From an uncultured Acidobacteriota bacterium (lineage in GTDB: Bacteria > Acidobacteriota > Thermoanaerobaculia > Multivoradales > UBA5704): 64,000 nt of DNA. Location: NCBI GenBank assembly GCA_963700145.1, contig OY969474.1, positions 768,001 to 832,000 on the forward strand, read 5' to 3'. Positions 27,420 to 37,423 of this stretch are shown here, in pieces; the stretch's first letter is position 1, and each line of letters begins with the position of its first letter. The notes under the pieces were generated by a model. The model had not been told where the DNA came from and searched no databases. It saw nothing but the letters and a program-made list of their open reading frames with translations. The position numbers and the translations under genes were made by a program.

Positions 27420-28776
27420 AGGCGAAGCGCAGCTCCGGGTTGGCGCGCGCCCGGTTCAGGAAATCGGCGACGCTGCGCACCAGCTCCAGCCCCGCCTCCT
27501 CCATCTCCGCCGCCCGGCGGAAGACGATGAGCGCCGCCAGCGCCTCGCGGTGGATGCGGCGGGAGGTGAAGACGGGCAGCATCTCCTCGGCCAGGCGGCG
27601 GACCTGGGCGGCGCGCCCCTGCGCGGCGTAGAGGGCGGCGAGGTCCAGGCTCACGAGCGCTGCGTCGTAGTCGAGATGCTGCTCGAGGAACCCCTCGCGC
27701 GCCTCGCGATAGGCGGCCTCGGCTTGGTCCGCCCGTCCCAGCCCGTAAGCCACGGTCCCCTCCACCCAGCGCAGGCGGGTCAGCCAGACCCGGCCGCCGT
27801 GCTCGAGGTAGAGCGGCCGGGTGTGGAAGAGAAGGGCGAAGGCCTCGCGGTGCTGGCCGGTGTCGTTGAGACCGAGGATGAGGTTGTGGCGCACCGCGAG
27901 CGCCATCCGCGGGTCCTCGCGCGGGTCGAGGTGGTCGAGGGCGGCGCGCAGCAGCTCGATGGCGGTGGCGTTGTCGCCCGCCTCCCCGCAGACGCCGGCC
28001 TTCTGCGCCAGGCCGCGGCCGTAGAGGTGGCGCTGCCCGAGCTGGCGGTAGATCCCGATCACCCGGTCGAGAAGGCGCAGCGAGTCGTCGAACCGCCGCT
28101 GGTCCTTGCGCAGCGACGCCTTCCAGTCGAGCACGCGCGCGCGGTCCAGCAGGTCGCCGACCTCGCCGGTCACCAACAGCTCGGCCTGGCCGATCGCCAG
28201 CTCGGCCGCCTGCTGATTGCCGCGCACGCGGTGGGCGTTGCCGAGCGTCCCCCAACAGCGGGCGGAGAGACCGCGCAGCTCCTCGCCGTCGCCCGCCGCT
28301 TCCAGCCGCTCCACCACCTGCTGCGCCAGCTCGGCGAGCTCCACCGCCCGCTCCCCGTCCTGGAAGCAGGCCTCCTGGCTCTTGGCGAGGAGCAGCTCGC
28401 CGAGCGACCGGTTGGCGAAGCGCGTGCTGTTGCGCACCAGCATCTGCTGCCGGCTCGCCGGGTGCTGCTCCAGCTCGAGCCAGAGCTGCTCGGCGGCGGA
28501 CTGCTCGCGCTCGATCGCTCCGCGCCGGCGCTCGACGCTGCGGAAGGCGCCGTCGATGGCGCGGTCGTAGGCGGCCTCGAGCTCGGGAGACAGCGCGGCG
28601 AGCAGCGCCTCGTCCTCTTCGTCCGCGCCGGCGAAGGTGAAGATCCCCCCCGCCTCCTCCCGGCAGGCGGCGCAGCCGCTCAGCAGGTGGCGGAGCACCC
28701 GGCGCGATTCCGGCCCCGGGAGCTCGGCCCGCAGGAAACGCTCGAGCTGCTCGCGCGGCGGGTGCACGTCAGCCAT
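27418..28776 (-). CDS. Zinc-binding anti-sigma (zf-HC2-like) plus TPR protein, cassette 1
   Basis: HP...L..F...HLLSGCAAC N-terminus followed by helical TPR-like repeats; no TM segment; start overlaps the ECF sigma stop. Confidence 0.8.
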   Translation of the reverse strand: MADVHPPREQLERFLRAELPGPESRRVLRHLLSGCAACREEAGGIFTFAGADEEDEALLAALSPELEAAYDRAIDGAFRSVERRRGAIEREQSAAEQLWLELEQHPASRQQMLVRNSTRFANRSLGELLLAKSQEACFQDGERAVELAELAQQVVERLEAAGDGEELRGLSARCWGTLGNAHRVRGNQQAAELAIGQAELLVTGEVGDLLDRARVLDWKASLRKDQRRFDDSLRLLDRVIGIYRQLGQRHLYGRGLAQKAGVCGEAGDNATAIELLRAALDHLDPREDPRMALAVRHNLILGLNDTGQHREAFALLFHTRPLYLEHGGRVWLTRLRWVEGTVAYGLGRADQAEAAYREAREGFLEQHLDYDAALVSLDLAALYAAQGRAAQVRRLAEEMLPVFTSRRIHREALAALIVFRRAAEMEEAGLELVRSVADFLNRARANPELRFA

Positions 28777-29305
28777 GGCGACTCTCCTTTACGACACCTG
28801 CGGCGACGAGCTGGCGCATCAGGGCGGCCAGGCAGCGGTTGGTGATCTTGCCGATGCTGGAGGTGCGATAGCCGAGGCGTTGCGCCAGCTCCGGCGCTTC
28901 GTAGCCCTGCTGATAGCGGAGCTGCAGGAGATTGCGGCAGCGCTGCGGCAAGCGTTGGATCAGGTGCTCGATGTCGCGGCGCAGGTCGGCGTCCTCCTGG
29001 ACCAGCGCCTGCGGCCGGGCCAGCCACTCGAGCATGGCGTCGTCGACCGCGTCGTAGACCCGCCGGCGCCGGTCGCGCCAGTAGAGGAGGCACTTGTGGC
29101 GGAGCGTGCCGGCCAGCCAGGCGGCGGGATCGCGAACCTCCCCCGCGCGATGGACGAAGGCGAGCAGCGCCTGCTGCAGGAGGTCCTCGGCGTCCTCGGG
29201 GGGGATGCGGTAACGGAAGAAGACGCACTTGAGCCGCGGCCGCACCCGTTCCAGGAACAGCTCCCAGGAGGAGCCGTCTACGTGCGGTTGGTCTAGGACG
29301 CTCAT
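28769..29305 (-). CDS. ECF-type sigma-70 factor, cassette 1
   Basis: DAEDLLQQA (region 2), AWL, LIQRLPQRCRNLLQLRY..GYEAPELAQRLG (region 4); 178 aa. Confidence 0.9.
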   Translation of the reverse strand: MSVLDQPHVDGSSWELFLERVRPRLKCVFFRYRIPPEDAEDLLQQALLAFVHRAGEVRDPAAWLAGTLRHKCLLYWRDRRRRVYDAVDDAMLEWLARPQALVQEDADLRRDIEHLIQRLPQRCRNLLQLRYQQGYEAPELAQRLGYRTSSIGKITNRCLAALMRQLVAAGVVKESRHG

Positions 29306-29338
29306 CGTGCCGCGCAGGGCTATAGGGTGTCTGCGAAG

Positions 29339-29368
29339 ACACTACCACCCTGGCCGGACTCTTGTCCA
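29339..29368 (-). promoter_or_regulatory. sigma70-like promoter of ECF sigma 1
   Basis: TGGACA-N18-TAGTGT with extended TGn; the same layout occurs upstream of ECF sigma 2. Confidence 0.55.
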
Positions 29369-29422
29369 GCCGCGCGGCTACCGGGCGGGAGGTTTAGCCG
29401 CTAGCCGTCGTCGGCCCCGGCG

Positions 29423-29641
29423 CTAGCGGCCGCCATTGCCGTCAATGCGGCTGCCGACCGCACTAACCACTTTCGTGAAGCGCGTCCAGATCTCCTGCAG
29501 GAGGCCGTGGGTGGCCACGAAGCGCCCCTGCACCGGGTCGCTGTCCCGCCACCGGGCCGCCTGCGCGGGTCCGGCGGCGAGCAGTGAGACGGCGGCGGTG
29601 AGGGCGAATGCGGCGAAGCCGCGGCGCAGTCTGCTCGTCAT
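29423..29641 (-). CDS. Small exported peptide precursor 1 (72 aa), C-terminus GSRIDGNGGR
   Basis: RBS GAAGGAG; signal peptide MTSRLRRGFAAFALTAAVSLLAAGPAQA; C-terminal motif shared with peptide 2. Confidence 0.75.
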   Translation of the reverse strand: MTSRLRRGFAAFALTAAVSLLAAGPAQAARWRDSDPVQGRFVATHGLLQEIWTRFTKVVSAVGSRIDGNGGR

Positions 29642-29809
29642 GTCTCTTTCTCCTTCGTTTGCAAGCATTAACGTAAATCCGCCAGGGTTCGGCGGAAGTT
29701 CCCTCTCCCTCAACATGAGTTGCCGATGGTAGGGCTGCGGAGGACAAGGCCGCCCCCTTTTCTGCGGGCGGCGGCCTGGAAGAACGGCCGAAGGGCTGCC
29801 GGCGGGGGG

Positions 29810-31156
29810 CTAGCCGGCGTCGCGGAGCTTCAACCCCGCCTGCACGCGGGTGCGGCAGAGCAGGTCGCCTACCTCGCGCACCAGGCCGACGGTCACCCGC
29901 TCCCGCACCGCGGCGCGTTGCAGGACCGTGAGCGCGACGAGCGCCTCGCGCTGGACGTCGCGCGCCGCGAAGAGCGGCAGGATCTCCTCGGCCATGTGCC
30001 GGACCTCGCCGGTCCGCCCCTGCTTGAGGTAGACCTCGATGAGGTCGAGGGACACGAGGCCGACGTCGTATCCCAGGTCGCGGGCCAGCATCTGCTCCCG
30101 CACCGCCAGGAGCCCGGCCTCCGCCTCCTCCAGCCGGCCGGCGCCGCGGGCGAGCTTCGCCTCCAGCCAGCCGACGCGCAGCCGCCCGAGCCGGTCCTCG
30201 AAGCGGTCGTAGAGGGGCCGGGCGCTCTCGAAGGCGGCCGTGGCTTCCTCCAACCGCCCGCTCTCGACGAGGTAGTGGATCAGGTTGTGATGGCCGGCGA
30301 CCACCAGGCGGAACTCGGCCGCGGGATCGCTGAGCTCGAGGCCGCGACGCAGGGTCTCGATCGCCCCGGCGGCGTCCCCGGAGTGGCCGAGGAAGACCCC
30401 CTTGCCGATCAAGCCCTTGCCCGCGAGGTGCCGGTCGCCCGCCCGCCGCGCCAGGGCCACGCCGCGGTCGAGGAGGCGGAAAGCCTCGGCGAAACGACGC
30501 TGGTCGCCGAGCAGCGAGGCCTTCGACAGCAGCAGCGTCGCCTTCTCGAGCGGGTCGCCCGTGCCTTGGCGCAGCAGCCGCTCGGCGCGGAGGAAGGCCG
30601 CGGTGGCGTCGCGGAAGTGGGAGCGGATGCGGCGCGCCGTGCCGAGAGCGGTCCAGGCGCGCGCCATCAAGTCGTGTGTCCGCTCGGAGCCGTACGCGGC
30701 GGCGTCGAGCTTCGCGGTCGCCGTCACCGCCAGCTCGGCCAGCTCCACCGCGCGCCCCGCGTCGTGGAAGCCGGCTTCCTGGGCCGCTTCGATCAGCCGC
30801 GCGCAGAACGACCAGGTGCGGTAGCGGGCGCTCTGCCCCACCAGCATCCGCTGCCGCTCGAAGGGGTGAGTGGCGAGGCCGTCGAGCAACTCCCCCGCCG
30901 CCGCCTGCTCCTCGGCGATCTCGAGCTGGCGCGCCATGACCGCGCGCTCGGCGCGCACGAAGGCGTCGTCGTAGTCGGCCATCCGGGGGCGCCGGGCACC
31001 CGGCGCCGCGGCGGGCGGGAAGAGCGCCGCCGCCACCTCGGCACAGGCGGAGCAACCGCGCAGCAGGTGGCGGATGAGGGCGCGGACTTCCGATCGCGGC
31101 AGCTCGACACGCCCGAGCTGCAGCAGCGTCGCCCGCTCAGGATGGCTTCGACTCAT
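29810..31156 (-). CDS. Zinc-binding anti-sigma (zf-HC2-like) plus TPR protein, cassette 2
   Basis: HP...HLLRGCSAC followed by TPR-like repeats; paralog of 27418-28776 (shared RAVELAELA, YD..LVSLDL, MAEE.LP.F, REAL.AL). Confidence 0.8.
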   Translation of the reverse strand: MSRSHPERATLLQLGRVELPRSEVRALIRHLLRGCSACAEVAAALFPPAAAPGARRPRMADYDDAFVRAERAVMARQLEIAEEQAAAGELLDGLATHPFERQRMLVGQSARYRTWSFCARLIEAAQEAGFHDAGRAVELAELAVTATAKLDAAAYGSERTHDLMARAWTALGTARRIRSHFRDATAAFLRAERLLRQGTGDPLEKATLLLSKASLLGDQRRFAEAFRLLDRGVALARRAGDRHLAGKGLIGKGVFLGHSGDAAGAIETLRRGLELSDPAAEFRLVVAGHHNLIHYLVESGRLEEATAAFESARPLYDRFEDRLGRLRVGWLEAKLARGAGRLEEAEAGLLAVREQMLARDLGYDVGLVSLDLIEVYLKQGRTGEVRHMAEEILPLFAARDVQREALVALTVLQRAAVRERVTVGLVREVGDLLCRTRVQAGLKLRDAG

Positions 31157-31682
31157 GCTCCGACTCCTTGTGGAAGCCCACCGCCAGCAGCTGGCGGGTG
31201 AGCGCCGCGAGACAGCGGTTGGTGACCTTGCGAATGCTCGACGAGCGGTAGCCCATCTGCTCCGCCACTTCGTTGGGGCCGTAGCCGAGGCCGTAGCGCA
31301 GGCGCAGCAGCGAGCGGCAGCGCGAGGAGAGGCGGCTCAGCACACGGTTGAGGTCGGAGCTCAGGTCCGCCCGCTCTTGCGGCGGCGCCTGCGGCGTCGA
31401 GATCAGCTCGAGGATCGCCGTGTCCACCGCGTCGCAGAGGCTGCCGCGGCGCTTGCGCCAATACATGATGCACTTCTTCTTGACCGTGCCGATCAGCCAG
31501 CTCTCGGGGCTGCGCACCGTGTCCCACTTGTAGATCAGGGTGAGCTGGGCGTCCTGGAGGATGTCCTCGGCGTCCTCCGGCGGCACCTCGAAGTGCCGGA
31601 GCACCCGCTCGAGTCGCGGCCGCGAGTCCGTCAGCAGCTTGTTGAGCGATTCCCGGAGTTCGGGTTGATCCAGCGTCGCCAT
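31137..31682 (-). CDS. ECF-type sigma-70 factor, cassette 2
   Basis: MATLDQP...PPEDAEDILQDA...SWL...LSSRCRSLLRLRY.LGY...EVAEQMGY; RBS GAAGGGA; paralog of 28769-29305. Confidence 0.9.
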   Translation of the reverse strand: MATLDQPELRESLNKLLTDSRPRLERVLRHFEVPPEDAEDILQDAQLTLIYKWDTVRSPESWLIGTVKKKCIMYWRKRRGSLCDAVDTAILELISTPQAPPQERADLSSDLNRVLSRLSSRCRSLLRLRYGLGYGPNEVAEQMGYRSSSIRKVTNRCLAALTRQLLAVGFHKESEHESKPS

Positions 31683-31717
31683 GTCCCTTCGGTCCCCCCG
31701 GCCGGCTGGGGCTTGAT

Positions 31718-31747
31718 AGGCTAGCACCCGCTTCGCTCCCTTGTCCA
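31718..31747 (-). promoter_or_regulatory. sigma70-like promoter of ECF sigma 2
   Basis: TGGACA-N18-TAGCCT with extended TGn. Confidence 0.55.
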
Positions 31748-31795
31748 GTTGGACTCGTAGTTGCGCGACGGCCATGACGCGCCGCCACGCGCGAC

Positions 31796-31984
31796 CTACA
31801 GACAGCCGCCCCAGGGGTCGAGCGTGCAGCCGCTCGGCGGCGGCGGATCGAACTGCGACGCCGCCGTCGTGGACCGGGTCGGGCCGGAGCTGTCGCCGAC
31901 CGAGAGGAGCTCGAGCAGGGCGAGCAGCCAGGGGAGGAGGAACAGGGCGAGGGGCCGGCGGAAAGACCTCAGGGTCATCACCAT
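31796..31984 (-). CDS. Small exported peptide precursor 2 (60-62 aa), C-terminus GCTLDPWGGCL
   Basis: RBS TAGGAG (likely start ATG 31978); basic n-region then hydrophobic LALFLLPWLLALLELL; same cassette position as peptide 1. Confidence 0.7.
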   Translation of the reverse strand: MVMTLRSFRRPLALFLLPWLLALLELLSVGDSSGPTRSTTAASQFDPPPPSGCTLDPWGGCL

Positions 31985-32075
31985 CTCCTAAAGAAGTCGA
32001 AGGCAGGGTAAACGAGACTCTTCTAGTCCTCAAGTGCTGGCTCCGCCCCGGGGCGGGACATAAGATCGCCCGCCG

Positions 32076-32891
32076 ATGTCGGTCTTCCTGCTCTTCCTCC
32101 TCGCCACCAGCCTCGGCGCGCTGACCACGCTCTACTGGATCCCCGAGAAGGACCTCGGGCGCGGCTACTTCCAGATGAACGCGCTGGTCGTGCTGGGGCT
32201 GCTGGGCCTGGCGCAGGCCGTCGTCTGGCTGCACCCGTTCCGCCCGTTCGGCGAGCACGCCGCCGCCGGCGGCGCGGCGCTGGCGCTGGCCTTGGCCGGC
32301 GGCTTCCTCTACTACGCGGCGATCTGGCGCGAGCGGTGGGCGCTCTGCCGCTGGCCGCTCGCCCTCGCCACGGCGGGCACCGCGGCCGCCCTGCTGCTGG
32401 CCGGCCCGCACCTGCTGCGCCCGCTCACTCCGCTCCCCCACCGCGCGGCTCTCCTCGTCGCGGCGCTTCTCGCCTCGGCCCTGGTCCTCGGCTGGTCGCT
32501 CGTCACCATGCTCCTCGGCCACTGGTATCTGGTGGCGCCGCGGCTCACCTTCCGCCACCTGACGATCTTCTGCTGGGTGCTCCTGGGAACGCTCCTGCTG
32601 CGTCTGGCGGCCGTCGGGGCGAGCCTGGCGCAGTCGGCGGCGGTGGACGAGCTCGTCGAGCCGCACCCCCTCCGCCTCCTCGTCGGCCTGGCGGCGCAGG
32701 GCCCTTTCTTCTGGTTCCGCCTGCTCTGGGGGTTGGCGGTGCCGCTCCTGCTCGCCGCCATGGCGCTCCACTGCGCCCGCCAGCGTTCGAACCAATCGGC
32801 GACCGGCATCCTCTACGTGCTTGTCGTCGGCACCTTCATCGGCGAGATCACCGGCCTCTACCTGCTGGTGACGACCGGCGTCCCGGTCTGA
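32076..32891 (+). CDS. Multi-pass membrane protein of unknown function (MLLGHWYL motif)
   Basis: About 7-8 hydrophobic helices; TMLLGHWYL and QSATGILY segments. Confidence 0.75.
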   Translation: MSVFLLFLLATSLGALTTLYWIPEKDLGRGYFQMNALVVLGLLGLAQAVVWLHPFRPFGEHAAAGGAALALALAGGFLYYAAIWRERWALCRWPLALATAGTAAALLLAGPHLLRPLTPLPHRAALLVAALLASALVLGWSLVTMLLGHWYLVAPRLTFRHLTIFCWVLLGTLLLRLAAVGASLAQSAAVDELVEPHPLRLLVGLAAQGPFFWFRLLWGLAVPLLLAAMALHCARQRSNQSATGILYVLVVGTFIGEITGLYLLVTTGVPV

Positions 32892-32895
32892 CGCT

Positions 32896-33327
32896 CTACT
32901 CTTCTTTCCAGGTCTTCCCGTACTTCAAGACGTCGTGCTTGAGGAGGTCGAAGTCCCCCTGGCGGGGGCCCGGGCGGGCGTCGCGGAAGACCGTGTCGCA
33001 GCGGTAGCAGACGACGGCGAAGGGTAGCCGCCGGTAGAGCCAGAGGTCGACCAGGCCGAAGGCGACCAGGGAGAGGCCGAAGGTCCAGGGGGCGAGGGCG
33101 GCGCCCACGGCCACGATCAGGCAGCCCCAGCCGCGGTGGATGTCACGCTGCCGGTAGAGGTGGCGGCAGCCGCACAGGGCGCACTTCTCGACCTGCCCCG
33201 CCGCCGTCCAGCCCTCCTCCACCGTCCGCGCCACCCCGCAGTTCGGGCAGGCGAGGGGCTCTCCCGCCGCCGGCAGCACCGCGCGGAACGGCAGCCCGCA
33301 GGCGCGGCACTGGGTGCGGACGCGCAA
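32896..33327 (-). CDS. Zinc-ribbon membrane protein
   Basis: CRAC, CPNC, CALC and CYRC pairs around a two-helix hydrophobic hairpin. Confidence 0.7.
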   Translation of the reverse strand: MRVRTQCRACGLPFRAVLPAAGEPLACPNCGVARTVEEGWTAAGQVEKCALCGCRHLYRQRDIHRGWGCLIVAVGAALAPWTFGLSLVAFGLVDLWLYRRLPFAVVCYRCDTVFRDARPGPRQGDFDLLKHDVLKYGKTWKEE

Positions 33328-33343
33328 GGGGCTGGGAGCTGCC

Positions 33344-35879
<2,536 letters not shown>

Positions 35880-35956
35880 CGATCGCACCTCTGCCCGGGC
35901 ATTGTAAGGGGAAGGACCAGAAAAGCGCCGGCTGGTCGACTGGAGCCCAATGGTAC

Positions 35957-36562
35957 CTAGCGGGCGGAGCGCGTGTCCAGTACCCCGTAAAAGAGCGTGG
36001 AGAGCGCGTGCAGGGTGGAAAGCCCGACGGCGTGGCGCCGGGTCTCGAGACCGCCGGTGAGCGAGCTGATCATGCCGCCGCGCCTGCGCGTGCCGGGGAC
36101 GGCGAAGGGCACCTGCTCGTCGTCGAGGCCCTTGATCAGCCGCTCCGGAAGCTGGATCGAGCCGCTCGCCCCCCAGGCCTCCCCCAGCCGCCCGCGCACC
36201 ACCGTCCAGTTGCGCACGAAATAGCGGAGCTTGCCGTCGATCTCGACCGAGGCGAGGCCGCCGTCGGTGGCGACGTAGAAGTGGTAGGTGTCGCCGAGCC
36301 GCTGCTCGAGGTCCAGCACCTTCTCGCGGTTGCGGCCGATGACCTCCTCGTCCGAGACCGCCAGCCCGAGCGCCGACTCCTCGCACGGCTGCGGCACCAC
36401 CGCCACCGAGACCGGTCGCTCGAGGCCGTCCTGGAAGTAGCGGAGGAAGCCGTCGCGCACCCCCAAGAGCTTGTCGGGGCTGGGGCCGGCGACCGCCACC
36501 TCGACGCCTTTTTGGAGGCGCTGCCAGAAGTTCTTAAGATCGTCGGATATGGGCGGGGACAT
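35957..36562 (-). CDS. YjjX/DUF84-like non-canonical purine NTP phosphatase family protein
   Basis: [43 protein letters not shown] resemble YjjX. Start at 36562 or 36568. Confidence 0.65.
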   Translation of the reverse strand: MSPPISDDLKNFWQRLQKGVEVAVAGPSPDKLLGVRDGFLRYFQDGLERPVSVAVVPQPCEESALGLAVSDEEVIGRNREKVLDLEQRLGDTYHFYVATDGGLASVEIDGKLRYFVRNWTVVRGRLGEAWGASGSIQLPERLIKGLDDEQVPFAVPGTRRRGGMISSLTGGLETRRHAVGLSTLHALSTLFYGVLDTRSAR

Positions 36563-36566
36563 GGGC

Positions 36567-37373
36567 ATGATCGCGAGCCCGCAGAACAAGAAAATCAAGG
36601 ATATCCGGCGGCTCCTGCGCTGTAAAGGCGAGTGGACGCTGCTCGAAGGCCCGCACCTCGTCGCCGCGGCGCTCGAAGCCGGCACGGCGCTCGAGACCGT
36701 GCTGGCGACGGCGCCGTTCCTCGCCACACCGGAGGGGCGGCGGCTCACGACGGCGATGGCGGCGATGACCGCGCCGCCGCTGGTCGTCGAGCCGAAGGTG
36801 CTGGAGCGCCTCGCCGACGCCGACTCGCCGCGCGGCATCGCCGCCCTGGCGCGGCTGCCGCGGGGCGGCGCCGAGGCGCTGCCGGCGGTGCCCGGCGGGC
36901 TCTACCTCTACCTCGAAGGGCTGCAGGACCCCGGCAACCTCGGGGCGCTGGCGCGGACCGCCGAGGCGGCCGGGGCGGCGGGGATCGCCCTCTCCCCCGG
37001 CGCGGCCAGCCCCAACCACCCGCGGGCGCTGCGCGCCTCGGCCGGCAGCCTCCTGCGCCTGCCGGCGGCGGTGGGCGTCGAGCCCGAGGAGCTGGAGGCG
37101 CGGCTGGCGCCGCTCGGGCCGCGCTGGGCGGCGCTCGTGCCGCGCGGCGGGCGGGACCTCTACGGCCCGCTGGACCTGCCGGCGGCGGCGCCGCTGGTCC
37201 TCGCCCTGGGGGCCGAGGGGCCGGGGCTCTCAACGGCCCTTTCCCGCCGCGCCGCGCTGCGCCTCACCATCCCGCTGGAGCCGCCGGTCGAGTCGCTCAA
37301 CGCCACCGTCGCCGCGGCCCTCGCCCTCTTCGAGCTGCGCCGCCGGCGGCTGCAGCAAACGCCCGGCACGTAG
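36567..37373 (+). CDS. TrmH/SpoU family RNA methyltransferase
   Basis: IASPQNKKIK, LEG, QDPGNLGALARTA, LGAEGPGL, VESLNA. Confidence 0.93.
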   Translation: MIASPQNKKIKDIRRLLRCKGEWTLLEGPHLVAAALEAGTALETVLATAPFLATPEGRRLTTAMAAMTAPPLVVEPKVLERLADADSPRGIAALARLPRGGAEALPAVPGGLYLYLEGLQDPGNLGALARTAEAAGAAGIALSPGAASPNHPRALRASAGSLLRLPAAVGVEPEELEARLAPLGPRWAALVPRGGRDLYGPLDLPAAAPLVLALGAEGPGLSTALSRRAALRLTIPLEPPVESLNATVAAALALFELRRRRLQQTPGT

Positions 37374-37423
37374 GCCGGGCGCTACGGGAGCTCCGTTCGT
37401 CGCCGTGGTCTAATAACCGCCCC

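Noticed and set aside
29670-29702. ECF-type promoter (GGAACTT) upstream of peptide 1
   Set aside because: The -35 looks ECF-like, but there is no convincing -10 at the proper spacing and no counterpart upstream of peptide 2; left unannotated pending TSS data.
29423-31984. RiPP biosynthetic cluster reading of the small peptides
   Set aside because: No modifying enzyme, RRE, protease or exporter is adjacent; the neighbours are regulatory, so signalling fits better. Trans-acting maturation cannot be excluded.
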